A stretch of DNA of 64,000 nt from Nitrosopumilus sp. (GCA_965203315.1 OZ241857.1:1696001-1760000); one strand, 5' to 3'; numbered from the stretch's first letter, positions 51,769-61,970 are shown. Made by a program: numbers and translations. Notes: generated from the letters alone by a model not told the origin.

Positions 51769-52194
51769 ATGGCAACGAGACTACGGAAGACTAGGAGACT
51801 TCGAGGTGGCAGACATATGGGATGGGGCCAAGTGGGTCAACATCGCGCAAGTGGGCACAAGGGCGGTCTTGGCGTTACCGGCATGATGAAACATCACTAT
51901 AGTAGTCTACTCAAATACGATCCTGATCACTATGGCCACAACTCGACTAGACCACCACGCCCGAACATTACAAAGCGTTGGGCTAACATACGTGACCTCG
52001 ATGATCTCTTTCTAAAGATCGGCAAGGAAGAAGAGGGAAAAAAATACATCGATCTACAGAGTGCAGGTTATGAGAAACTACTAGGTGGTGGAACTCTGAC
52101 CTGTGCATACTATGTCCAAGTTGGACGGTTCACTGCGTCAGCAGCGACAAAGTTAAAGGCAGTTGGAGGCGAGGTGTCGTCTAAAGATGGCTGA
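51769..52194 (+). CDS. rpl15: 50S ribosomal protein L15
   Basis: RKTRRLRG...GWG...QHR..G..GG.G; KLLGGG. Confidence 0.94.
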   Translation: MATRLRKTRRLRGGRHMGWGQVGQHRASGHKGGLGVTGMMKHHYSSLLKYDPDHYGHNSTRPPRPNITKRWANIRDLDDLFLKIGKEEEGKKYIDLQSAGYEKLLGGGTLTCAYYVQVGRFTASAATKLKAVGGEVSSKDG

Positions 52195-53617
52195 GGGCAC
52201 GCTAACCACTATGGTAAGATCCATGGTGGCCAAGGCCGAGCCATACCTACCACAAGTACCAAAACCAAAGAAAAAGATTCCACTACCCACTAGACTACTC
52301 TGGTGTGGTGTGGCACTGTTGATCTATATGGTCATGGGTCAGACTCCGCTGTTTGGGGCAACGACTCCCGAGTTTGACTTTCTTGCGTTTGCACGTGTAA
52401 TCTTTGCATCTCAACAAGGAACACTAGTCGAGTTGGGTATAGGTCCGATAGTAACTGCCGGTCTCTTGATGCAGCTATTGCGTGGCTCTGAGATCCTAAA
52501 GTTTGACTTTAAAAAACCTGAGGAACGTGGCATCTTTCAGACTGCTACAAAGATGGTCACCTATATCGTTGTAGTCGTAGAGTCTATAGTATATGGTATT
52601 GCAGTATATGGTCCAAACATCACCGATCCCAGTGTAATGTACATCCTAGTGGGACAGCTGATGGCAGCGTCGGTTATCATCATGTTCCTTGACGAGCTTA
52701 TCCAAAAGGGTTGGGGACTCGGAAGTGGAATCAGTCTCTTCATTATGGCTGGTGTTGCTCAACAGATACTTTGGAGTCTGTTCAGTCCGTTACCCGCTGG
52801 TGACGGAGGAACGATAGGAATCATACCATACATTGGTGAATCGATAATAAATGGAGATGTATCTAATATCTTGTTTAGATCGAACCAACTGCCTAGCATC
52901 TTTGGACTATGTCTTACTGCTGGTGTGCTGTTGATCTTGGTATTTACTCAGGGAATGAAGATCGAGATTCCTATTGTATCAACAAAATATCGTGGATTCT
53001 CAGCAGTATATCCTATCAAACTGATGTATGTCTCTAATATTCCTGTAATCTTGGCATCAGCTCTTACGGCAAACGCGATATTTGTATTTCAGATGCTCTG
53101 GGCAAACTTTAACCCACGCAACAATGATTTTTTCATGAATATTATAGCGCAATTTGATCCTACCAGTCCGTCTACACCAATCGGTGGTATCATATACTAT
53201 GTTACGCCTCCACGAGGTCTAGATGTTGCAGCACTTGATCCAGGACGTGCAGTTGGATATGTCTTGTTTATGATTGGTATCGTAGTGCTATTTGGCCGAT
53301 TGTGGGTAGAACTTGGTGGTCTGTCTCCAAAGAGCGCAGCTCAAAATCTGCTTGATGCTGACGTTCAGATTCCTGGATTTAGACGTTCAAACAAACCAGT
53401 AGAGGCACTGTTAAACAAGTACATTCCATCAGTTACAATAATCGGCTCTGTGATCTTGGGACTCTTGGCAGGCGTATCTGATGTACTGGGCGTATTTGGC
53501 TCTGGAATCGGAGTCTTGTTGATGGTAGATATCTTGATAAACTACTATACACAGCTAGTACGAGAACAGGTAGAAGTAGTGATGCCAAGGTTGGGTGCTC
53601 TGCTTGGTCGAAAGTAG
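52187..53617 (+). CDS. secY: Preprotein translocase SecY
   Basis: ELGIGPIVTA, KGWGLGSGISLFI, YPIKLMYVSNIP, IPGFR. Confidence 0.97.
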   Translation: MAEGTLTTMVRSMVAKAEPYLPQVPKPKKKIPLPTRLLWCGVALLIYMVMGQTPLFGATTPEFDFLAFARVIFASQQGTLVELGIGPIVTAGLLMQLLRGSEILKFDFKKPEERGIFQTATKMVTYIVVVVESIVYGIAVYGPNITDPSVMYILVGQLMAASVIIMFLDELIQKGWGLGSGISLFIMAGVAQQILWSLFSPLPAGDGGTIGIIPYIGESIINGDVSNILFRSNQLPSIFGLCLTAGVLLILVFTQGMKIEIPIVSTKYRGFSAVYPIKLMYVSNIPVILASALTANAIFVFQMLWANFNPRNNDFFMNIIAQFDPTSPSTPIGGIIYYVTPPRGLDVAALDPGRAVGYVLFMIGIVVLFGRLWVELGGLSPKSAAQNLLDADVQIPGFRRSNKPVEALLNKYIPSVTIIGSVILGLLAGVSDVLGVFGSGIGVLLMVDILINYYTQLVREQVEVVMPRLGALLGRK

Positions 53618-54182
53618 AAAGATAATAGTGGTTGGAATTCCAGGTGTGGGCAAGACTACATTGCTGACCAAGATAAAAGAGTTGTTATCACACTCTGACA
53701 GGAATGTCAGTTTTGTAAGTTTTGGCACGTTGATGTTTGATGTGGTACGTGAAAACGGATTAAGAGATCGAGATGATCTACGTAGACTGGCTGTATCTAA
53801 ACAACACGAACTCCAAATGATCGCTGCACAAAAGATTGCTAAAAAGACTGAAGATATCGTTATCATTGACACACACGCATTCATCAACTCTCCAGAGGGA
53901 TACTATCCTGGTCTACCAAAACATGTCTTGGATATTATATCTCCATCCAACTTTATCTCGATCTCTGCTAAACCTGAAGAGATCTTTAGTAGGCGACTAC
54001 ATGATACTAGCCGAGATCGTGATCAGGTTACCATAGACAATATTAAAAAAGAACTAGATGTACAGTCTGGTATGATCTCTACATGTGTAATTCTTACCGG
54101 TTCGCCAGTAAAACACATTCTAAATAGTGAGGGGGCTATAGATGATGTCGCAGCTGAGATCATAGAGTCGATTGGGTTGTAG
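53604..54182 (+). CDS. adkA: Archaeal adenylate kinase
   Basis: GIPGVGKTT, DTH, GYYPGLP; follows secY. Confidence 0.92.
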   Translation: MVESRKIIVVGIPGVGKTTLLTKIKELLSHSDRNVSFVSFGTLMFDVVRENGLRDRDDLRRLAVSKQHELQMIAAQKIAKKTEDIVIIDTHAFINSPEGYYPGLPKHVLDIISPSNFISISAKPEEIFSRRLHDTSRDRDQVTIDNIKKELDVQSGMISTCVILTGSPVKHILNSEGAIDDVAAEIIESIGL

Positions 54183-54184
54183 TC

Positions 54185-54802
54185 ATGGAACAGATACTCT
54201 TGTTTATTGATATACTATTGTTACAGTTTGATTTCTTTGGAGACGAGCGAGGCGCATTGGGCAGTGATGATCCGATCATACAAGGAATAATACTGTCAAT
54301 GTTTGCAGTGGCTGGTTTTGGCATCTTGTTGAATATCTTTAATGCAGGTGTTCGAAAGAAGATGATCGATCAAATAAAGTTTAAGCGAATCATGAAAGAG
54401 ACTCGCGCATATCAAAAAGAACGCATGGCTGCAATACGTGCTAAAGATCAAGCAAAGATAAACGAACTTGGTAAAAAATCTGCCTATATGAACAAGATGT
54501 CTATGGAGATGATGCAGATGAATATGCGACCCATGATGATAACGTTTGTACCTCTTATACTGATCTTTTATTTCGTACTGCCAGAACTCTTCTCTTATAC
54601 TGTTGCAATCTCGCCGATTCCACTCAATGTAATTCCTGGTGATTGGTTCCAACTCACCTGTACTGCAGAGCAAGCTGCCGATCCAGAACATGTCTGTGAC
54701 GGAGAGAATTCACTGTTCCTATGGGCATGGTACTTTTTATCATCTATAGCATTTAGCGGCATAATCATGAAACTAACAAAAACATCGATGGATCTTAGTT
54801 GA
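54185..54802 (+). CDS. DUF106 / EMC3-TMCO1 (Oxa1 superfamily) membrane protein
   Basis: TM-coiled coil-MRPM..T.VP-WYFL.S; conserved position after adk. Confidence 0.85.
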   Translation: MEQILLFIDILLLQFDFFGDERGALGSDDPIIQGIILSMFAVAGFGILLNIFNAGVRKKMIDQIKFKRIMKETRAYQKERMAAIRAKDQAKINELGKKSAYMNKMSMEMMQMNMRPMMITFVPLILIFYFVLPELFSYTVAISPIPLNVIPGDWFQLTCTAEQAADPEHVCDGENSLFLWAWYFLSSIAFSGIIMKLTKTSMDLS

Positions 54803-55359
54803 CTAAATCGATAGTGATCTCTGGACCGCCTGCAGTGGGCAAGACTACAGTCGCGAATGGTCTTGCAGCAGAGTTTAATTTCAAGTGCGTCAGCGGAGGT
54901 GATGTTCTCAAGACTATGGCAGCAGAGTCTGGGTTTGAATCTAACGGAGACGATTGGTGGGATACTGTACAAGGGCTAGAGTTTCTTGAGCAGCGAAAAA
55001 ACAATCCCGAGTATGATCGTCAATTAGATCAACGGTTAACTCGTCTCTTTCTTGAAGATGATTTTGTGATCACTAGCTATACTTTACCGTGGTTGGTCAA
55101 AGGCGGCATCAAGATATGGCTTGAAGGATCTCATACTAGCAGTGCTAAAAGGATGCAGTCACGAGATAACATGAGTCATCAAGATGCATATGCTATTACA
55201 AAACTTCGATTTAATGAGAACAAGAAACTATACAAGCAGCTATATGATTATGACTTTGGTTACGATAAATCGATATTTGATATATTCATTGATACTAATG
55301 ATCTAACTGCAGAACAAGTAATCAATAAAGCCAAAGAGTCTGTACGGAAACTATTATGA
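54799..55359 (+). CDS. cmk: Cytidylate kinase (archaeal)
   Basis: ISGPPAVGKTT, SGG; operon position. Confidence 0.88.
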   Translation: MTKSIVISGPPAVGKTTVANGLAAEFNFKCVSGGDVLKTMAAESGFESNGDDWWDTVQGLEFLEQRKNNPEYDRQLDQRLTRLFLEDDFVITSYTLPWLVKGGIKIWLEGSHTSSAKRMQSRDNMSHQDAYAITKLRFNENKKLYKQLYDYDFGYDKSIFDIFIDTNDLTAEQVINKAKESVRKLL

Positions 55360-56357
55360 CACTAAAGCAACTACAAGGTCTACTCGAGCTAGATCAAGAT
55401 ATTACTGACGACTCTTTTGGTACATACTATGATAAACGGACCATAGAACAACTCTTCAATTATGGAATAATCATACTTGATAAACCGCCTGGTCCTACAA
55501 GTCACGAAGTTGTCGCGTGGACAAAGCGAATAACAGATATCTCAAAGATTGGACATAGTGGAACACTAGATCCTCAAGTCTCTGGCGTACTGCCACTGGG
55601 ATTGGGTGCTGCAACCAAGTCACTTGGTGTACTCTTGTATGGTCCTAAAGAGTATCATGCTTTGGGTAGAGTTCACTCATTACCTTCGCATGAACGATTA
55701 ACAGATGTGATTGCATCATTTCATGGTCCAATATATCAAAAACCACCACAACGTTCTGCTGTTCTACGAAAGACGCGAGTGCGAAATATTTACGAGTTAG
55801 AGATACTAGAACAAAAGGAGCGACTGATTCTAACTCGTATCTTGTGTGAATCTGGTACCTATATCAGAAAGTTGTACTATGATATCGGTGAAGTTTTAGG
55901 TCCTGGTGCTACGATGATAGAGTTGCGTCGTACACGCGTAGATCAATTTACCGAGCAAGATGGCTTGGTAACGATGCACGAACTTGCAGCTGCGTTTGCA
56001 CTATACAAAGAAGAGCAAGATGACTCTAAACTATACAAGATCATAAAACCGGTCGAGGTTGCACTGAGTCAGATACCTTCTGTTGTCATACGTGACTCTG
56101 CTGTAGATGCACTCTGTCATGGAGCTCAACTTGCGGTACCTGGCATACTGCAAATGTCTCATGATCTCAAACGAGGCGATACTGTTGGTGTCTATACTCA
56201 AAAGGGCGAGATAGTTGCTCTTGCTATATGTGTCATGTCTGAATCTGAGATACGCGACGCAACAAAGGGATATGCATTTGAGACAAAACGAATAATCATG
56301 GCTCCTAACACATATCCCAAAAAGTGGCACACTAGACACAGTTCAAAGGAGGAATAG
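55356..56357 (+). CDS. cbf5: H/ACA pseudouridine synthase Cbf5
   Basis: DKPPGPTSHEV, GHSGTLDP, SGTYIRKL, PUA domain. Confidence 0.95.
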   Translation: MTLKQLQGLLELDQDITDDSFGTYYDKRTIEQLFNYGIIILDKPPGPTSHEVVAWTKRITDISKIGHSGTLDPQVSGVLPLGLGAATKSLGVLLYGPKEYHALGRVHSLPSHERLTDVIASFHGPIYQKPPQRSAVLRKTRVRNIYELEILEQKERLILTRILCESGTYIRKLYYDIGEVLGPGATMIELRRTRVDQFTEQDGLVTMHELAAAFALYKEEQDDSKLYKIIKPVEVALSQIPSVVIRDSAVDALCHGAQLAVPGILQMSHDLKRGDTVGVYTQKGEIVALAICVMSESEIRDATKGYAFETKRIIMAPNTYPKKWHTRHSSKEE

Positions 56358-56359
56358 TT

Positions 56360-56800
56360 TTGTTAGCAAAGAGTTTGATCGTGTTTGTGGGGGTAGGTAT
56401 TGTTGCCGGATTTGGATTTGGAATCTATCTCGCAGATCTTAGAGATATCACCGAGTCTATCTCTGTTGATGGCCCATCGTTATCTGTTATTCCATCGGCT
56501 ACAGAGTTTGTGTCGGGTCAAGTTGTCCAGTTACATATAGTCAACTCTGGGACTGTTCCAATCTCATTTAATGATACGTCATATGGATTAGAGATTACCG
56601 GACTTGCAGGTGTCATTATATTCTCACCCGTATCCCAACCAATATCGTCTGTACTCGCTCCGGGTGAATCTATTGTACTCTCTTGGGATCAAATAAAGAA
56701 CAATGGTGATGTCGCACTCGATGGTTTATACAAGATCAATGTTCGTGGTGAGTCTACTGGGGAGACCGTACTTGGGTCTGCAACATTTACAATTAGATAA
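56360..56800 (+). CDS. Membrane-anchored Ig-like-fold hypothetical protein
   Basis: N-terminal TM; N.G...L.PGE....WD......G.Y pattern. Confidence 0.6.
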   Translation: MLAKSLIVFVGVGIVAGFGFGIYLADLRDITESISVDGPSLSVIPSATEFVSGQVVQLHIVNSGTVPISFNDTSYGLEITGLAGVIIFSPVSQPISSVLAPGESIVLSWDQIKNNGDVALDGLYKINVRGESTGETVLGSATFTIR

Positions 56801-57165
56801 AGCCATGCTTGGTTTCCGCTATCTTGATCTATTTGTTGTATAGTAATTACTATTGATTATGTGTTTTGTGAATTATACATGTAAATCTCGTGATCTTGGG
56901 AGAATGTATAGAATCACTTTCAATACGATGCACTTTATCGATTATTTAATTAGAAATATTTTATGATATTTTGTGACAATACAATTAATCATCAAAACCG
57001 CTTTTGGTCTACTCTACAAAAAGAGATCATCTCAATATGGTGCGAATCTGTGCAATGCTTGTAGAAACTAGTACAAAAACAATCTAGATCATGTTCAAAG
57101 AATCAAAGATAATTTTAACATGAACGACATTTGAATATATATAGATAACATATTATTCTTGTACA

Positions 57166-58041
57166 ATGTCACAAGTTATAACGAGACAGATAACAGATCA
57201 GATATCAAATACAATATTCCAAGGCGATTGTTTAGAGTATCTGCCAGATATACCTGACAGTACAATACAACTGATCGTGACTTCTCCGCCGTACAATTTG
57301 GGGAAAGAGTATGAAAAAAGACAGAGCATTAACGAATATGTTGCCAATCAAGAGAAGGTGATCACACTATGTCACAAAAAACTAAAAGATAGTGGTTCGA
57401 TCTGCTGGCAGGTCGGTAGCTATGTAGAGAATGGTACCATAGTGCCCTTGGACATACTACTATATCCTATATTTCAAAAATTAAACCTGAAACTACGAAA
57501 CAGAATTATTTGGCATTTTGGCCACGGGTTGCACTGTTCCAAGAGGCTCTCTGGCAGATATGAGACTATATTGTGGTTTACAAAATCTGATGAATATACA
57601 TTCAATCTTGATCCAATACGAGTACCACAAAAATATCCTAACAAGAAATATTTTACGGGTAAAAACAAGGGTAAACCAAGTTGTAACCCATTGGGCAAAA
57701 ATCCTAGTGATGTGTGGAATATCCCAAACGTCAAACACAATCATGTAGAAAAGACTGATCATCCTGCACAATTTCCGGTAGAACTAGTAGAGCGATTTGT
57801 CCTGGCACTTACAAACAAAGGCGATTGTGTATTCGATCCGTACATTGGATCTGGTAGTACAGCAATAGCTGCATTAAAACATGGTCGAAGCTGTATTGGT
57901 GCAGAGCGAGAACCAAAATATGTGGATATAATGTGCAATAGACTGAATCTATTGGCTACCAATAAACTAAAGACCAGACCCATGAATACACCTGTTTATG
58001 GCGAGGACGAACAAAAATTAACAACTATCTTACAATTCTGA
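57166..58041 (+). CDS. Orphan beta-class N4-C/N6-A DNA methyltransferase
   Basis: TSPPYN, HPAQFP, DPYIGSGST; no nuclease adjacent. Confidence 0.92.
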   Translation: MSQVITRQITDQISNTIFQGDCLEYLPDIPDSTIQLIVTSPPYNLGKEYEKRQSINEYVANQEKVITLCHKKLKDSGSICWQVGSYVENGTIVPLDILLYPIFQKLNLKLRNRIIWHFGHGLHCSKRLSGRYETILWFTKSDEYTFNLDPIRVPQKYPNKKYFTGKNKGKPSCNPLGKNPSDVWNIPNVKHNHVEKTDHPAQFPVELVERFVLALTNKGDCVFDPYIGSGSTAIAALKHGRSCIGAEREPKYVDIMCNRLNLLATNKLKTRPMNTPVYGEDEQKLTTILQF

Positions 58042-58111
58042 CGTATTCTGATAACACAAAATTAAATTAGAATGTAATCGTGTATTATGTTTTAGTGTAT
58101 ATAGTTGAATG

Positions 58112-58227
58112 TGCTCTTTACGATTTACATGGGATGGATTTTCGCGAGGCTTGTTCCATAATTTTCCCTTATGGGCTCTTGTAGTGTTTTCTGTAACCAT
58201 TCTATCTCACGTACACCGAAAAGATCC
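58112..58227 (-). mobile_element. MITE family A copy (reverse orientation)
   Basis: Ends TTTCTGTAACCATTCTATCTCACGTACACCGAAAAGATCC, matching the reverse complement of 59431-59470. Confidence 0.8.
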
Positions 58228-58326
58228 ACTAGATTTAGCATATGTGTGTAGGACTATGTTGACAGGCGCGATGGGATTTGAACTCATCACTCATAGTTTT
58301 TATAGGATATTCACTATACTAGATGG

Positions 58327-58941
58327 ATGGCAATCGATACTGCAACTCTGGAGATCAGTGAACTAGAAAAGTACATACTATTGCTCGTATATGTGGACGG
58401 CGAGCCCATACATGGTAGGCAGAAACTTCAATTAATGATGTACATGTTGGGTGATCCATATACAGAGATCAGCGATTGGTGTGATTTTACAATAAAAGAT
58501 GATGGTCCATACGGTGCGGTTTTGAACGATACTTTGGAGCATCTTGTACAAATGGATCTGCTAGTCGAAAAAAATGATGCCATCCAATTAACCAAACATA
58601 GTATAGAGTACGCCAGAATGATTGGAGAAGAGAAAGGTGGATTTCCGAAAATTCAAGATGCATTTAATCCTGCGATGACATGGATATTTAGTGAGTATAA
58701 AAGAATGTTTAATGACGTAACCATTCCTGAGGTTCTGTCTTATATGTACTGTGATTATCCAGACATGGCTAAAGGTTCTGCAACGTACGAAAAACTCAAA
58801 CCAGATATCAAAGAAAACATAATTTCCATGTATACAAAGGAAAAGATGAGTTTTGGTAGAGCAGCAGAATTACTTGGTATACCGCTACACATAATGATGG
58901 ACGAATTAGCAGAAAGAGGATTACTTCGGTTTGGAAATTGA
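58327..58941 (+). CDS. Putative antitoxin: YwgA/SocA-like wHTH N-terminus plus UPF0175-like C-terminus
   Basis: G..KLQ...Y...F....GPY...L...L; C-terminal KMSFGRAAELLG...L.ERG; overlaps the PIN gene start. Confidence 0.65.
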   Translation: MAIDTATLEISELEKYILLLVYVDGEPIHGRQKLQLMMYMLGDPYTEISDWCDFTIKDDGPYGAVLNDTLEHLVQMDLLVEKNDAIQLTKHSIEYARMIGEEKGGFPKIQDAFNPAMTWIFSEYKRMFNDVTIPEVLSYMYCDYPDMAKGSATYEKLKPDIKENIISMYTKEKMSFGRAAELLGIPLHIMMDELAERGLLRFGN

Positions 58942-59410
58942 AGATATTTGATGCTTCGCAATTTATTGCCATATTTAACCAATTTCAATACCCACAAGCG
59001 TTTGATGTTATTTTACAATTAGGTCACGAGTTGGCAGTACCTAGTTTTGTGTGGGAAGAATTAAAGGATGATAGAACACATACAAATGTGCAGAGATTAG
59101 TTGATGAAGGCAAACTCACAAAATTAGAAAAAATACACTAAAAGAGATCGACGAGTTTAAACCTAGACCTACCTTGAAAATTGGCGAGAAAGATGTAATG
59201 CCGACATATTTAAAACTGGGAGGATACAAAAATAATGTCTACTGTATACTGGACGATAAAGATGCACAACGAGTAGCATCAAGATTAGGAATAAGGCATA
59301 CTGACTTGAAAGGATTGTTAAAGCTACTGGGCAGTAAAGGAGTCAAGTATCCAAAAGAGATTGATGAAATTATAGCGTTACTTGATAGCTCCGAGTTCAG
59401 ACCCATATGA
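58938..59410 (+). pseudogene. PIN-domain (DUF3368-like) toxin with a one-base frameshift
   Basis: IFDAS, P..V.EE, GE, ILDD..A PIN motifs split over two ORFs; A6 at 59128-59133 needs A7 to join them. Confidence 0.78.
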
Positions 59411-59430
59411 AAATGACTCTTAGTAGATTA

Positions 59431-59547
59431 GGATCTTTTTGGTTTATGTGGAATAGAATGGTTACAGAAACAGCACTGAGATTCTATGGGGAAAATTTAG
59501 CAAGAACAGTCTTGCAAGATGCTATCCCGCATAAATCGAAGAGATCC
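59431..59547 (+). mobile_element. MITE family A copy
   Basis: TIRs GGATCTTTTTGGTTTATGTGGAATAG / CTATCCCGCATAAATCGAAGAGATCC. Confidence 0.85.
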
Positions 59548-59620
59548 ATCTATGACAACATCACCAAAGAACCAACAATATATAATGAAAATCTCAAGCA
59601 TCTATGTCGCGAGACTTTGT

Positions 59621-59719
59621 GCCGGGGTCGCCTAGCCTGGTAGGGCGCGCGCCTGGAAATAACTTTACCATATAGCGCGTTCTCGCAAGGGAACGGGAGT
59701 TCAAATCTCCCTCCCGGCG
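59621..59719 (+). tRNA. tRNA-Ser(GGA) with 15-nt intron at position 37/38 (59659-59673)
   Basis: Acceptor GCCGGGG/TCCCGGC, anticodon stem CGCGC/GCGCG, long variable arm TTCTC-GCAA-GGGAA, T-loop TTCAAAT, G discriminator. Confidence 0.93.
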
Positions 59720-59720
59720 C

Positions 59721-61028
59721 CTATATCTCTATTTGGTCCATGATCTCTGTAAACCTCCATGGTCCACAATGATCATTTGTTGTTGTTGGAATATATCCAG
59801 AGTTTTGTAGCTTTGAGATGATATGTGCAGCAAATGCAAGCGCACCGGTTGCTCCAGGTGAGTTGTAGTTTAGTATGTGTAACGACGACTCGCTCTCTTC
59901 TAGTATTATGTCTGGAACAAATTTGCCTCTATTATCGATCACCGATGATCTAATCCCTGCTGTTCCTCTCTCTGTGAATTTATCTGGTTCGATCTTTGGT
60001 AGGAACCGTCTCACTCGATCTATCATTGCATGCTTTGATATCGACGATTTAATCTCACTTATTGCAAGTTCTTGGAACTGTTTGTCCAAGATCACTCTTC
60101 TTGCACCAGATCCCAACATCTCTAATATCTTTGGTACAAACTCTTTGATGTTAGTTGACATGTCATATCCATATGGACTAAATACAGGTACAGCGTTAGG
60201 ACCTATCTCGCAACTATGGTCTACTCTGATTATCCAATGTGGATCTAAAAAGGGATATTCTGGAAAATCTGGTACACTATATACACTCATCTTTGTTAAG
60301 TGTCTGTACTCTTTTGGTGCCTTCCAATACTCTCCACGAAAGTGAACATCAGTGAGATCCGTTCTCATCCCCATCATATGTGCAACATCTATTGCGTTGC
60401 CTCCTGCCGCATTGATTACAAATTTTGCTGATATTGTACCGGTATAGTTTGTGGTTAACTTGAATCTTGTACCATCTGATTTGATATCGGTGATCTTTGT
60501 ACCTACTAGTATGTCTACTCCATTATCTATGCTATCTTGTGCCAGAGATCTAGTATATGCTGCATAGTCTGCAGAACCATCACGATACACACACAGGGCT
60601 GCTGTACAGCATAGTTCTGGCTCAATCTTGCTGATCTCTGATTCTGTAAATAGTTTGATCTCTGTTTCATCTAATCCGTTCTCTATTCCCCATTTGAGAT
60701 ACTTTTCAAGCGTCTTGATCCCTCTTTGATCAACAGATACTTCGATCACTCCATCACTTTGAAATGGCAGATCCTTTATTCCGGCATACTCTTTCCACAT
60801 CGTGTAGCCATAAAATGCAGTCTTTGCAAACAGGGTCTTCTTTATAGGATCATATAGGTATGGCGCATGTATCTTGCCTGTATTTCGCCCACTTGTATGT
60901 GTTGCAACTTTTGACGATTGTTCAACTATGCATATAGATCGTGATTTGTATAGGCTTGATAGAAAATATGCTATCGACACACCCAAAATCCCTCCTCCAA
61001 TTATTACTATGTCGTACTCTCTTACCAT
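59721..61028 (-). CDS. FAD-dependent oxidoreductase (L-2-hydroxyglutarate oxidase-like)
   Basis: IIGGGILG, HTSGRNTG.IH, FRGEY, IGPNA, SPGATG. Confidence 0.85.
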   Translation of the reverse strand: MVREYDIVIIGGGILGVSIAYFLSSLYKSRSICIVEQSSKVATHTSGRNTGKIHAPYLYDPIKKTLFAKTAFYGYTMWKEYAGIKDLPFQSDGVIEVSVDQRGIKTLEKYLKWGIENGLDETEIKLFTESEISKIEPELCCTAALCVYRDGSADYAAYTRSLAQDSIDNGVDILVGTKITDIKSDGTRFKLTTNYTGTISAKFVINAAGGNAIDVAHMMGMRTDLTDVHFRGEYWKAPKEYRHLTKMSVYSVPDFPEYPFLDPHWIIRVDHSCEIGPNAVPVFSPYGYDMSTNIKEFVPKILEMLGSGARRVILDKQFQELAISEIKSSISKHAMIDRVRRFLPKIEPDKFTERGTAGIRSSVIDNRGKFVPDIILEESESSLHILNYNSPGATGALAFAAHIISKLQNSGYIPTTTNDHCGPWRFTEIMDQIEI

Positions 61029-61467
61029 CGATCTATTGTCGCTCTGGTTGATATTAAATTCATAGTATCCAATGATCTCAACAATGTTCATAATGCATTA
61101 TGGGCTTGTAAAATCTCCACACACAAATCTGCATAGAAGGTATATTGGACCACATCTAAATATCTTATAATGATGTACATTGCACTTACAATAAATGCAT
61201 CATTCAACATTTACTAGTACGAGTCTTACTGGATGTTATCTGATAAAATATAACCAAAAATTGCGACGTGTTGAATGATAAGTTCATTTTTAGATAAAGA
61301 TCTAGAAATTCATCTATTGCTTTCCAAAATAACAACTCTTGTACTGGTGCGACAGATACACTAGAATGTGTTTGTAGATTTCGTTTATGAATTAAAATTC
61401 TATCGTCTAGACAAGATCACATCTAAACATCTGAACAGATTAATATCTAGTGTACGTTCATCTCTTT

Positions 61468-61737
61468 ATGCTACCTGACAGATGTTCAGTAACCGAGAAC
61501 AGTAACCGGTGTGTAAACCCGCCCGAGTTTATCGTCTCTATCATAAATGATGCCGGACAGTATATGATCTGTGTGACATGTTCTAAACACAAGGATCTAG
61601 TTGCCGCAAAAGTCATTCTGCTCCAAGATGAAGGCAAGATCAGTTCAGGTAAAGTATCATTTGAAAAGATCAAAGCAGTAGGAACTGACTGTATACGTTG
61701 CGATCCAGATATTGTCCAGATAGACGATCTACAATGA
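61468..61737 (+). CDS. Small Cys-containing hypothetical protein
   Basis: ORF MLPDRCS...CVNPPE...C..H...DCI. Confidence 0.6.
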   Translation: MLPDRCSVTENSNRCVNPPEFIVSIINDAGQYMICVTCSKHKDLVAAKVILLQDEGKISSGKVSFEKIKAVGTDCIRCDPDIVQIDDLQ

Positions 61738-61970
61738 TCTAGTTACAAATGTCATCTTATCGATACTTTATGCAAAAGATGTTTAATCCAAATCAAACCC
61801 GATTTATACGGTGCATAATCTTGAAAAATAAAAAATAGAAAAAGACTATTGATCTTTCTTTTTTGTCTTTTCAGTCTGTATCTTGGCTAACTCTAATTCT
61901 TCATTTGTATGCTTGAACTTTTTCAACAACATCATTATCTCATCAAAGTATAAAAACGCACATGTTTGTT

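Noticed and set aside
58109-58366. ORFs 58109-58366 and 59407-59643
   Set aside because: They run through MITE copies and the tRNA; spurious
59621-59719. tRNA-Ser as an integration site for the upstream accessory genes
   Set aside because: No duplicated tRNA fragment or integrase seen
61846-61932. 28-codon Lys-rich minus-strand ORF
   Set aside because: Too short and no recognisable motif
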